From a virus: 64,000 nt of DNA. Both the position numbers and the translations under genes were made by a program. The DNA lies in IMG/VR virus record IMGVR_UViG_3300017963_000228, positions 1-64,000 of that record; one strand, 5' to 3'. The notes under the pieces were generated by a model. It made no database searches, was not told where the DNA came from, and was given only the letters and a program-made list of their open reading frames with translations. Shown here in pieces: positions 28,465-38,591 of the stretch (position 1 is the stretch's first letter; every line of letters begins with the position of its first letter).

Positions 28465-29379
28465 TTAATTAGGACATAAATCCATAAGTTCCTGATATAT
28501 AAGAACTTCACCAGCAATCATTTCTGGTGTTATCATTGTCATGCATGGTGGAAATCGTTGTTCATCATTTATTTTGTAACATTCTCCAATTTGAGTTTTC
28601 CAACATCCTTCATTTTCACAACAATCTAACTGACCAACACTACTCAAATAAGAGTGACCATTATACTTCTCCCAAGATGGTTCTTCTCTACCTCCAGCTA
28701 TTACAACACAAGGTTTATCAAATGCTGCGGCTAAATGCATTTGCATACTAATCGGTCCAATCATGCCATCGGCATGATAAGCCAATGCAAAATATTCACG
28801 AAGATCATTAGTACGACCAATAAAATTATGAACACCATCCAATCGGGGATGAAGATGGTGTGAATGTCCTGTTTGTATAAGATGGATTCTACCATTTGTT
28901 TTCTCATTAATTATATTAACCACCTTTTGATACAGAGAAGGTGGATATTGTTTAAGAGGGATATCTGATTTTATACCAGCATTAATTAACCAATAAGGTT
29001 TTTTAATTCCATATTTACACAAAAAATGTTTTTCACTTTTTTCTGCTGGATGCAACTCAACATGTGGAAATGGTGAAGATTTATGAATCTTAATTTTCAA
29101 TATATTTTCTATCATCGTAATAAAACAGTCGGAAAAATGCATACCACTTCTACGAAACTCTTTTAAATACGGACCATAATCTAAATTATAATGGGGAACT
29201 TTTGGATCATTCTTTGGAATATAAGTTATATATGGATTTAAGAAAAATACTTCAGGGTAACAAGTAATAACATCAGTTTCATAAACAAAAGGATGTGTCT
29301 TATGAAGATCACGCAACGCGACAGTCAGCATTAAAAGATCACCGGGAGCTTGCATTTGTTGGAAGATAATTTTATTCAA
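28465..29379 (-). CDS. GT9 (ADP-heptose:LPS heptosyltransferase-like) glycosyltransferase
   Basis: APGDLLML, NFIGRT.DLR, SMQMHLAAAFDKPCVVIAGGRE, Cys-rich C-terminus. Confidence 0.8.
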   Translation of the reverse strand: MNKIIFQQMQAPGDLLMLTVALRDLHKTHPFVYETDVITCYPEVFFLNPYITYIPKNDPKVPHYNLDYGPYLKEFRRSGMHFSDCFITMIENILKIKIHKSSPFPHVELHPAEKSEKHFLCKYGIKKPYWLINAGIKSDIPLKQYPPSLYQKVVNIINEKTNGRIHLIQTGHSHHLHPRLDGVHNFIGRTNDLREYFALAYHADGMIGPISMQMHLAAAFDKPCVVIAGGREEPSWEKYNGHSYLSSVGQLDCCENEGCWKTQIGECYKINDEQRFPPCMTMITPEMIAGEVLIYQELMDLCPN

Positions 29380-29403
29380 TTAAAAATCTCCTATTAATTT
29401 TAA

Positions 29404-30615
29404 TTACGCAACACGAATATATTTGTACATTCCTGATATCGGTTGACCTGAAAAATGTGGAAGTTGAAAATGAGTAGATCGATCATAAGGAGTACCAGTA
29501 GATCTATAAATTCCTCTACGCTCATTATAATAGGTAAAAAACACTACCCAATCATCAGTATTATGACAAGCAGCAGTCTGACCGCCAATGTCAATTGGAA
29601 AGTTTTGCCAATTATATCCATCTTTACTAATCAAAATACCATTTCCAGAACTATTAAACATAATAAAATGCTCACCAGTATGAATCATATCAAGAGGGCC
29701 AAAACTACCTCCTTCAATAAAAGCGGGTGGATAATAATGTGGAATCCAATTTTCTTGGGTTATTGGATTCGCATCTTCATTAATCCAATAACGATGACAA
29801 CCTGTATATGAATAAAGACCAAACCATTTTCCATCCAAATATCGTATAACATCTGGCCAAGATTGGGAAACATCATAAAGCTGACCTTCAAATTTATCAG
29901 ATCGTGATGACCAATTTATTCCATCAGACGTAGTGTAAAAATACAAACCATCATAAGCACCAGAAGCTTGATCAGCAGTTAATATAACTGTATAAGAACC
30001 ACTTGAACCTAATGTATATACCTCCTCACCACTATAAGGTATAGAATAAGAAGTAAAAGAAGTCCCACTGGTAGAATAAAGATAATTTCCGGTATCATCA
30101 TAATGAAAAACAAGAAAAGCTGAACCATCGTAAGTCATCCAACGCCAATTAGCAGAAGTAGGTAAATTAACTTGAGTCCAAGTTGCTCCATAATTATCTG
30201 AATAAGCCGCAATGCTGGAAGCAAATTGTACTGCTACAAAACGAGAACCATTATTAGCAAGACAATACCATGTTCCTGACGATGGTAAATTTGTATTTGT
30301 ACTCCATGTTTCACCACCATCATCAGAATGCCAAACCCAATTACCAGCACCGATTATTACAATGTAATCTCCAATATTACTTATTGCTCTTATATAATTT
30401 GTATTATTAGCATCAACTGTAATGTATTCCCAACTATTCGTTCCCCATATTTTAGGATGCAATTCTACATCTGGAGCAGCCACATAATCAGGGTAATTTG
30501 ATTGAGATAGTATAGAACCATCGCATTTTAACCAATTGGAATTTGGGGGACCAACAGCATCAAGCATAAATCCAATTGGAAATTCATTTGATTGAACATT
30601 TAGTAAATCAGCCAT
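29404..30615 (-). CDS. tail fibre: split collar domain with a BNR/Asp-box beta-propeller insert
   Basis: FPIG..NWLKCDGSILSQSNYP; SDDGGETW, SDNYGATW and SDGINW repeats; FQLP..YIRVA. Confidence 0.75.
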   Translation of the reverse strand: MADLLNVQSNEFPIGFMLDAVGPPNSNWLKCDGSILSQSNYPDYVAAPDVELHPKIWGTNSWEYITVDANNTNYIRAISNIGDYIVIIGAGNWVWHSDDGGETWSTNTNLPSSGTWYCLANNGSRFVAVQFASSIAAYSDNYGATWTQVNLPTSANWRWMTYDGSAFLVFHYDDTGNYLYSTSGTSFTSYSIPYSGEEVYTLGSSGSYTVILTADQASGAYDGLYFYTTSDGINWSSRSDKFEGQLYDVSQSWPDVIRYLDGKWFGLYSYTGCHRYWINEDANPITQENWIPHYYPPAFIEGGSFGPLDMIHTGEHFIMFNSSGNGILISKDGYNWQNFPIDIGGQTAACHNTDDWVVFFTYYNERRGIYRSTGTPYDRSTHFQLPHFSGQPISGMYKYIRVA

Positions 30616-31763
30616 TATTTTACCCTTATGTATTTTTTAAGTTTAGTTATGTGTGCATAATCCTGAATTGCTTCAGAACTTGGTAACTGAAAATAAGTAG
30701 ATTCATCATAATAGAAATCTTTTTCAGCAATACATATGGTATCTTGATATCCATAAAGAATTAATTTTTCAGTGGTAGAATTATAAATAATATCGTAAAA
30801 TTCACCATCATCTAATACATTAATTGGTTCCCATACTTTTCCTTGATCCATAGAATATGCAAAATTATAAGTACCCCAACCCACAATAAAATACATATTA
30901 TCTACTTCACGTATACGATAAGGAGAAAATTGATATTCATTAACACTGCGATAATTATTTTTTTCCATCACACCGCACTTTTGGTATTCCCAAACTAATC
31001 CATCCGTAGAAAAACCAATTTCCCCTGTCTCTCCAGCACTTACAAATGTGCTATCAATAACACTAACATTACGACACGTTGTTGGAGGAATAATTTTATA
31101 ATCCCATGTCACACCACTATCTTCTGAATAAGCTAAATCACCACCAGAAGATAAAGCAAATACAATATCGGCATTTGCTCCCATGGCATAATACGTATCA
31201 GATTTACAAGTTCCCACTGTAGCCCAAGTGATTCCATCAGTAGAACGAATCACTGTTCCTGAATTATAACCCACTGCATAAAAATACGTTCCATCCCAAA
31301 CAACATCATACCAAGTGCCAGATACATTAAGTGTTCTTTGAGTCCATGTAACACCATCTGAAGAAGTAACAGCTATAGCAGAACTCTTTTGTATTCCTAA
31401 AAAAATAGAACCATTCCAAATAACATTATAACAATAATTTGTATGTGCGGCTGTTCCTTCCGTCCAATTCTCTCCATCCGTAGAATAAAAAGCCTGATTA
31501 GAAGTTAAAGCCACATAATTCGTACCATTATAAGCAATACAAAACGGTCCCTCATAACTCCCTTCTTCAAAAGCTTGCTGAACTTGCCATCTACCAAAAC
31601 GCAATGGATGTGGATTATCCATTAAAGAATAAAGAACAGGGTAATCAGCCTGTGCTAAAATAGAACCATCCAAAGGCAACCAGTTTTCATTCGGTGGCGC
31701 ATACGCTTCAGCTATTGATCCAATAGGAAACACTTCTGATGATTGTATAGGATGAAGTAACAT
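30615..31763 (-). CDS. tail fibre paralog: split collar + Asp-box propeller
   Basis: FPIG..NWLPLDGSILAQADYP; STDG.NW / SSDGVTW repeats; FQLP..YIRVK. Confidence 0.75.
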   Translation of the reverse strand: MLLHPIQSSEVFPIGSIAEAYAPPNENWLPLDGSILAQADYPVLYSLMDNPHPLRFGRWQVQQAFEEGSYEGPFCIAYNGTNYVALTSNQAFYSTDGENWTEGTAAHTNYCYNVIWNGSIFLGIQKSSAIAVTSSDGVTWTQRTLNVSGTWYDVVWDGTYFYAVGYNSGTVIRSTDGITWATVGTCKSDTYYAMGANADIVFALSSGGDLAYSEDSGVTWDYKIIPPTTCRNVSVIDSTFVSAGETGEIGFSTDGLVWEYQKCGVMEKNNYRSVNEYQFSPYRIREVDNMYFIVGWGTYNFAYSMDQGKVWEPINVLDDGEFYDIIYNSTTEKLILYGYQDTICIAEKDFYYDESTYFQLPSSEAIQDYAHITKLKKYIRVK

Positions 31764-32224
31764 TAAGTCACCCCCACATAAACTGAAATAGTATCACTGG
31801 CAGAAAGACTTGTTACATAAATTTTAATACTTTTAGCCCCAAAATCATTTGAATAAACAACATTTGTTCCAATATAACGAGAACCATCAAGAATAGCTAA
31901 ATTACTAATGGTTATTTCATTCGTATATCCAATCAAAGCATCAGCCGTATCATAGAATGCAATTCTATATTTTGCATTTGCTGCATTATCATTAAATGTA
32001 TTTTTACATATGATATAAAATCTACCTTGAACATCAATGTAGCTGGCTGATGGATAATGTCCCGTTGCTGATACGGCATCTAACTGTGGAGTGCTGGGAA
32101 GTGTAATAACACCCATCCCCTGTATAGCACGTTCAATCTGAACATTCGTAGAATTGATCGTTGCCTGTACAGAAGATACATTCTTACCTGATCCCTCTGT
32201 TACAGCAATATATGATTCAGACAT
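31763..32224 (-). CDS. hypothetical tail-region protein
   Basis: GGAG RBS; TAATG coupling. Confidence 0.65.
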   Translation of the reverse strand: MSESYIAVTEGSGKNVSSVQATINSTNVQIERAIQGMGVITLPSTPQLDAVSATGHYPSASYIDVQGRFYIICKNTFNDNAANAKYRIAFYDTADALIGYTNEITISNLAILDGSRYIGTNVVYSNDFGAKSIKIYVTSLSASDTISVYVGVT

Positions 32225-32236
32225 AATTATTCTCCA

Positions 32237-32740
32237 TTAAACATCTTGAGAATTAATGGAATACGTCACATTTAATACTTCCGCAGCAATAAATGGACGT
32301 GGTGTACTGAATCGGGTAGCACACCACATAATACCAACACCACTGGCATTATCCCCTTTTGTTGAAACATTCACCACATATGATCCATAAATTGTAGTGC
32401 TTACACCAGTAGATGCCGTAAACGAAACTTGATCACTTAATGTATGATTAGAAATTGAACCGGGAGTCCATGTAGGACGTGCCGTTTCATCATAAGAAGT
32501 GAACTCTGTTTGATCCGTACCAATATCAGCATAAACCCAACCAGCAGCAGGGGTAGAATCTGAGTTAAAAAGAGCAACATACCAAGAAGAATATGCCGTT
32601 CCTCCCAAAAAAATAACATCCAATGAATGATCAATGCCTTCATCAACCACAATGTTTGGAATAACTTCCACCCATTTCAATTGACCATCAGGATAAAAAC
32701 ACTCAAATTTCCACCAATTATTTCGCAAACCACGTTTCAT
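32237..32740 (-). CDS. conserved-looking minor tail/virion protein
   Basis: NIVVDEG..LDV..WYVALF..LNVTY pattern; GGAGG before ATG 32740. Confidence 0.65.
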   Translation of the reverse strand: MKRGLRNNWWKFECFYPDGQLKWVEVIPNIVVDEGIDHSLDVIFLGGTAYSSWYVALFNSDSTPAAGWVYADIGTDQTEFTSYDETARPTWTPGSISNHTLSDQVSFTASTGVSTTIYGSYVVNVSTKGDNASGVGIMWCATRFSTPRPFIAAEVLNVTYSINSQDV

Positions 32741-32753
32741 AATTCTTCCTCCC

Positions 32754-33002
32754 TTAAAAACTGTGAATAACGTTCCAAGCACTATTATAATATACCTTTA
32801 ACTGATCATTACCTGTATCAAGCCACTGCATTCCATCAGTAGGAGTTACATCAGGATAATTATTAGTATGTCCCGGTGGATCACTGCTGGGAAAACCAAG
32901 CAATGCTGCTTCAATAATATCATAATTCAAATTTGCTTCCAAATCATAACGCAGTGTTTGATAAGGAGGTTTTGAAAGATGAAACGCTGGAGTAAAAGCC
33001 AT
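32754..33002 (-). CDS. small tail-fibre-like protein
   Basis: LSKP..N.NYDII; DGMQWLDT..LKVY.NSAW fibre motif. Confidence 0.6.
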   Translation of the reverse strand: MAFTPAFHLSKPPYQTLRYDLEANLNYDIIEAALLGFPSSDPPGHTNNYPDVTPTDGMQWLDTGNDQLKVYYNSAWNVIHSF

Positions 33003-33013
33003 TTTAAATCTCC

Positions 33014-33814
33014 TTAATCCTCATGATAAACCTTTAATGCATCCGTAAGTAAAGCTTTTGCAAAAGAATATGTGCCATTGCTATCTTTTACAAATACTTC
33101 TATTTCCACCTGATCTGAAAAAACACCCCCACTAAAAGAAACATTATTTGCTGCCGTTAAAGTATAAGTAGCGTCAGCATCAGGATCACCTGTATCCGTA
33201 ATAGTGATAACTTGTTTCGTTAATCGATCTACATTATTAGGAGTCGTGCCATCAAGATATCTTGAATTACTTGGGCCATTAGGTTTCCAAATATGAATTT
33301 CAAAAGAGACAAGATTAGAAGCATCACCATCACCATAAGAAACAATAGCACCATACTCAGCAGCACCGTATCCATAAGATGGATCAACATTCGTGCGTGT
33401 TCTCCACGTAAATGTAATATCATGAGGATTATCAATTATATTATATCCAGTTAAATCAAAACCAATTGTTTCATTACAAGTAATATTATTCGATAATGCT
33501 CTTTCTACCGTATCATTAAAGGCAATTGTTTCCACTAAATAAACATTAAAGGTATCATCACCTGAATCATTTAATCCAATAGTTTCTTCTAATAAAACAC
33601 TAAATGCCGATTCTGATGAATCTCCCAATCCAATTGTTTCAGTTATTTCTTCAAATTTAATTTCAACCGGGATTCCACGAAGACCAATTGTATCCTCAAC
33701 CAAAACAGATGATGAAGCAATGGATAAAGTTTCACCAAATCCTATTGATTCATCAATAACAACATCAAGTCCCGGTCCTTCACCACCTTCTAATGTGAAT
33801 TTAAGTACATGCAT
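33014..33814 (-). CDS. tail protein with six E-[ST]-I-[GA]-like repeats and a C-terminal Ig/FN3-like domain
   Basis: ESIG / DTIG / ETIG / ETIG / ETIA / ETIG spaced ~17-20 aa apart; DITFTWRTRT. Confidence 0.6.
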   Translation of the reverse strand: MHVLKFTLEGGEGPGLDVVIDESIGFGETLSIASSSVLVEDTIGLRGIPVEIKFEEITETIGLGDSSESAFSVLLEETIGLNDSGDDTFNVYLVETIAFNDTVERALSNNITCNETIGFDLTGYNIIDNPHDITFTWRTRTNVDPSYGYGAAEYGAIVSYGDGDASNLVSFEIHIWKPNGPSNSRYLDGTTPNNVDRLTKQVITITDTGDPDADATYTLTAANNVSFSGGVFSDQVEIEVFVKDSNGTYSFAKALLTDALKVYHED

Positions 33815-36800
33815 TTATAAATTCCGTTCATACCTTAAAAGAGTTGGTGAATATGGACGCCCACCAACGGGACCACGAAGAAGCAAATTAAAATAAGGTG
33901 CTGTACTGTAATCTGCTTCTTCTCCATAAGCTGAAAGAGAAACTGCTTTAATTCTAAGTAAAGGCTGATCATATTCGATTTGACTTCCTTCTGTTTGTGC
34001 TTGTTCTGCTGTCAAATCCACAAATTCAGAGGTTACTGGAAAAGAAAAAGTATTATAATTAGCTAATGTAATTAAAGGGTTTGTCCAATTTAAATAAGTA
34101 TCAGGGGCATCAACAGCATACTGTTCATCAGGAACTTCAACACATCGCACACATCCAATAAATTTATTATTAATTGTATCAATACCATTATAATAAATTA
34201 ATTCTTGATTTACCCAAATATAACCAGATGCGGGAAAAGTTCCCAACATTGTTGTTGAATCATATGGTATTTCCGTATAGATATATTCATAATTTTTTTC
34301 TTCACAATATTTACTAATTGTCTCAGCCATTACTGACGTTTCTGTTGTGCCTGTAGAACTAAAAATTACATTTGGTGTTACACTTGAACTAAAAGCAGTT
34401 CCAACAAATTGATCATTACCACCATCAATAGAACAATATATTTTAGCACCCAACCAAAAATTAGTTTCCACAGGACTATAAAAAGTAATATAAACTCGTT
34501 GAGTTACATAATCATAATAAGCAAAAAGTCTTCTTACATGAAATGGAATAATATTTGGACTCATATTTGTATTTAAGATACCGGATGAACCTGTTTGAAT
34601 ATGTATTTCAGAATAATCATTAAATATTTCCCTTTTATATTCTTCAAGAAGTAATTTACATTCAAAATCATCCCCAATTTCTTCTATACTTTTAATTCTA
34701 AATAATTTAATAAACCATCCGGTAACATTATGTGTTACTCCTACAATATCTCCAACGCACAGAGCATAACCAATTAAATCAGTATCAAAATTACAACTCC
34801 ATTCTATATAATTTTCATAATCTAAATAACGAAAAGCCATTCTACTTGCTTGTGTTGCACGACAAATTCCGCGCATATCCATTTGTTTAATATGTACATC
34901 TCCATCGTAAACATCTTGTCTATAATGATCACTTGCTTCCACAATATCTACATCATAACCTGTCATACGATTTGTAAACTCAACACGTACCTTATTAATT
35001 CTATCTACATTAGATTTTTTAAAATAAGAAAATGATCCTTCTTTAATATTTTGTTTTGAAATAAAAACTTCAACTCCATTAGGAGCATAAACTGGTAAAT
35101 CATCAGAAAGTCGTATGTAAGTACTTCCTTGTTCTATAATAATTATTTCATAATTAACATTATCAACTTTAATATAACCAATATCTCCTTTCCAGTAATC
35201 CTCTGGATAATCTTCAAAATTTATAAAAATAACATCATATTCATTAGAAAGAGCATTTGTAACAAAAGTGTTTTCATCAAATCCAAAATAAAATGAAACA
35301 GGTTCATTAGGTGTTGGAACTATAAGTCTATATGCCTTTAAATCATTATGACTATCGGGGCCACTAAAACCGGGACACCGATAAAACGCCCCTTGAAAAG
35401 TATCCAAAACTTCATCTATATAATCTTTCGCACTTTTTCTTTGTTCATAAGATTTTGAAAAAAGATATCGTCTTTCAACAATATCAAATGTACGTCCAGC
35501 ATAATTAATTTTAGCAGGAACATATTCTTGAATTTTATCATCTACATCTAAAGGAGTGTATAAACCTGTATAAGAATAATGAATAGGAGTGGTTGATTTA
35601 CTAATAATTGAACTAATAGCACCAACTGGATTAGCATCACACTGATAACTATAAACATGATTACCATCAACAGAACAAGCATATTTACAATTTCTTATTG
35701 TATAATTAAGAGAACCTTGTGTTACAGTACTTACTCTTGCCCTATCATTATTTCCATCTAAAGGATAAGCATATCCTGCTTTATTATATTCATTTGGGGG
35801 AAAATAGCACCAAGTTTCAAATTCACCACCAAGAGCATATGGAGGTCCGTTCTCATAAGAAAAAATTAATTTATTATCAAAATCAAATTTTCTTAAATTT
35901 GGACTATCTGTTCTGGTACTACGACTTTCTACATACATAGTCGTATAAAGTGGTCCCGTTGCCCAGCCACCTCTACGATACCATTTAACTAATCCTGCCA
36001 CATTAACACCTATAGCTAATGTAGAAGAATAATCTCCTTCTTCTGTACTTACAGGTTGATCTGCCGCAGGAAAAATACCTTGTGTTCCTAAATCCAGAAT
36101 ATATGCACCATTACTTGCATATGGTCCCAAATACTCATATAAAAGGGCATACCAACGCCATTGATAAGAATTTGATGCTAAATCAAAAACATATGCTTTT
36201 ACAGCACCCCTATAAACATGACCACTTAAATGAAGGTTTGTTCCTCCAAACTGACTTCTTCCTGCTCTATTATATGACTTTATCGAAAGATCACTTTTAT
36301 TAATTACAAGACCTAAATGGCGTTGAGTATTCGTTTGCATTATTAACCATGTAACAGCTATTTCAGAATCAGTAGATACCGAATGTATAGCCGAAGTTCC
36401 AGTATGTGGAATACAAATTTCAAATGCATCAGCGCCAGCATTATAAGCAAAAGGATAATTTTGATAAAGTTTTCCTAAATATGCCCCCGTATTTTTATTA
36501 AAACGTAAAACAACTAAACGTTCAAAACCATCAGCATGTAAAGAAGTATTAAACCAACTATTATATTCTAACACATTAAAACCAATATCCCAATCTATAA
36601 TTGGCAAATTATCTTCTTCTTCAAGTCGATTAAATAGATATTCGTAAAACCATTCATCTGTAGGATTATAATATCGATAATAATCTGAATCTGCCCCATC
36701 CCATCTATCATACACATCAGAAGAAAATGTAAAAAATATTTTATCTCCAACTACTGGATCACGATGTAATGAATCTGAACCAAAATCCACCCAAGAATTT

Positions 36801-38572
36801 CCTTCATCTGCAATAACAGTTAATGCTCTTGCTTCATACTCCCAATCTTGTGTCCATACTCCATCATAAGTTAATAAATAGGCACGATCATAATCCTCAT
36901 GCTGTTCTGGTACTATTTGAGGATTAAATATATCTGGTTTAACAACAATTACCCTATCTCTTGTACTTCCTTCACCCACATATCCCCAATCTGCTTGATA
37001 ACTTCTTTTTCTTGTAACACATACTTTATTTCCTACTTTTGGATAACACCCAAATTCTCCCTGTACATCTATATAAGTAGATGTTTGATGTATAACCTTT
37101 CTTCTTTCATAATGATTTTTTGTAAAATAAAACCATGTATAAGGTTCTTCCATATTAACCCAATAATTATCAGGGTATCCACTCCAATCGGCATAAATAC
37201 GATGAAGTGTACCATATACTGGATCTTCTATTAATTCTGCTTCTTCAGTCATATAACGATAATCATACATTATATTCCAAGACTGATATTCCCATCCAAA
37301 TACAAGAATTTCATCCCCAACAACTTCCATACTCTGACAATAAATGGGTGGAATAGCATTTGATACCTGATTTTGTCCGTTAATTGTTATTCGATTAGCA
37401 CGAATTACAGAATGAATTGTATTATCACTACGATCTAAATAAAAAATATCATATTCAAGAGAATAAGGCACATGATGTGTCTGCCAAACACTTCCTCCCC
37501 AATGATAATTTCTTCCTAAAAAGAAATACATATGATCAGGATTATCATCAATATCCTGTCTCCAAAATTTTTGACTATTATTATATCCTTTAGTTATATC
37601 ATCATAGTTTTTTTGAAGATCTTCTCCACCATATAAATATTCTTCTTCATTTAATAAATGATCATATTTAAAAAAACGTGGCAAACCATCATCATATACA
37701 GATTCAAATGTTAATGCATAAGAATAATCATTTTCGTTATCACGATAGGTAATCGAATATACTTTATTATTAGAATCTTTAAAAGCATAAGTACCACCTA
37801 AAGCACTATTACCTGTAACTTCAGTTTTAATATTAGGAAATTTATTATGAACATTACCAAGAACAGCATATTCTGGTTTTTCTAAGGAATACAAAAGAGT
37901 GCGTATGGTTTTTTGTGGTGCAGGGTCATTTATTATTCCTTCAAATTCAATAACATTATTATATGCATGATGCATATAACCATAAATTACATCCGTAGAA
38001 GAAGAATATTGATGAAAAATGGTGTAATGAGGAGTATCTGTATTGGCCTTTTGATATAAAAAATCATCCAAACGCATTAACATCCACCAATGTTTGCCAT
38101 CAAACCATGTATTATTTACAATACCTCCATCAACACTTGATAGACAAACAAAATGAGTTGTATATAAATTTGGTTCAATGGTTTGATCACTTCCAAAAAA
38201 CCCACCATCAATTTCTTCTACAAAAGTTTCTTCTAAAATACCACCATAATAACTTGCAGGATAAAGACCTGATTTTTGAACGTCTAACCAAATGCAATTA
38301 TTTGTTGAAATAAAAGTTCCTACCACAAAAGGTGCTGGAGATCCCTTAGTAATTTGTTCTGGACGAAGTAGTAAATTTGGAGCAACATTTTTGGCATCAT
38401 CTTTATTAAGCAAAAGACCTAACACTGAAACAAACATCATAATACCGGGGAAAGAACCAAGGTAATTAAAAAATTGATTAATACCTTGACCCATTCCTGC
38501 TCCGATAGAAGACATACTATCCATAACATATGGCTGAACAGTACCGCTTCCTTCACTAAAATTTGAAGTCAT
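33815..38572 (-). CDS. large tail-tip/hub protein (lambda J / GTA megatron-like), paralog 2
   Basis: NIKEGSF..RVEFTNR..GICRATQASRMA..TDLIGY..GDIVGVTH..TGW..FRI; large insertion relative to paralog 1. Confidence 0.75.
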   Translation of the reverse strand: MTSNFSEGSGTVQPYVMDSMSSIGAGMGQGINQFFNYLGSFPGIMMFVSVLGLLLNKDDAKNVAPNLLLRPEQITKGSPAPFVVGTFISTNNCIWLDVQKSGLYPASYYGGILEETFVEEIDGGFFGSDQTIEPNLYTTHFVCLSSVDGGIVNNTWFDGKHWWMLMRLDDFLYQKANTDTPHYTIFHQYSSSTDVIYGYMHHAYNNVIEFEGIINDPAPQKTIRTLLYSLEKPEYAVLGNVHNKFPNIKTEVTGNSALGGTYAFKDSNNKVYSITYRDNENDYSYALTFESVYDDGLPRFFKYDHLLNEEEYLYGGEDLQKNYDDITKGYNNSQKFWRQDIDDNPDHMYFFLGRNYHWGGSVWQTHHVPYSLEYDIFYLDRSDNTIHSVIRANRITINGQNQVSNAIPPIYCQSMEVVGDEILVFGWEYQSWNIMYDYRYMTEEAELIEDPVYGTLHRIYADWSGYPDNYWVNMEEPYTWFYFTKNHYERRKVIHQTSTYIDVQGEFGCYPKVGNKVCVTRKRSYQADWGYVGEGSTRDRVIVVKPDIFNPQIVPEQHEDYDRAYLLTYDGVWTQDWEYEARALTVIADEGNSWVDFGSDSLHRDPVVGDKIFFTFSSDVYDRWDGADSDYYRYYNPTDEWFYEYLFNRLEEEDNLPIIDWDIGFNVLEYNSWFNTSLHADGFERLVVLRFNKNTGAYLGKLYQNYPFAYNAGADAFEICIPHTGTSAIHSVSTDSEIAVTWLIMQTNTQRHLGLVINKSDLSIKSYNRAGRSQFGGTNLHLSGHVYRGAVKAYVFDLASNSYQWRWYALLYEYLGPYASNGAYILDLGTQGIFPAADQPVSTEEGDYSSTLAIGVNVAGLVKWYRRGGWATGPLYTTMYVESRSTRTDSPNLRKFDFDNKLIFSYENGPPYALGGEFETWCYFPPNEYNKAGYAYPLDGNNDRARVSTVTQGSLNYTIRNCKYACSVDGNHVYSYQCDANPVGAISSIISKSTTPIHYSYTGLYTPLDVDDKIQEYVPAKINYAGRTFDIVERRYLFSKSYEQRKSAKDYIDEVLDTFQGAFYRCPGFSGPDSHNDLKAYRLIVPTPNEPVSFYFGFDENTFVTNALSNEYDVIFINFEDYPEDYWKGDIGYIKVDNVNYEIIIIEQGSTYIRLSDDLPVYAPNGVEVFISKQNIKEGSFSYFKKSNVDRINKVRVEFTNRMTGYDVDIVEASDHYRQDVYDGDVHIKQMDMRGICRATQASRMAFRYLDYENYIEWSCNFDTDLIGYALCVGDIVGVTHNVTGWFIKLFRIKSIEEIGDDFECKLLLEEYKREIFNDYSEIHIQTGSSGILNTNMSPNIIPFHVRRLFAYYDYVTQRVYITFYSPVETNFWLGAKIYCSIDGGNDQFVGTAFSSSVTPNVIFSSTGTTETSVMAETISKYCEEKNYEYIYTEIPYDSTTMLGTFPASGYIWVNQELIYYNGIDTINNKFIGCVRCVEVPDEQYAVDAPDTYLNWTNPLITLANYNTFSFPVTSEFVDLTAEQAQTEGSQIEYDQPLLRIKAVSLSAYGEEADYSTAPYFNLLLRGPVGGRPYSPTLLRYERNL

Positions 38573-38591
38573 TATATTTTCCTAAAAAACT

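Noticed and set aside
33812-33817. Stop readthrough at the in-frame TAA-ATG junction (also at 57526-57531)
   Set aside because: TAA is rarely read through, and the same junction occurs between neck genes, so it is most simply tight packing.
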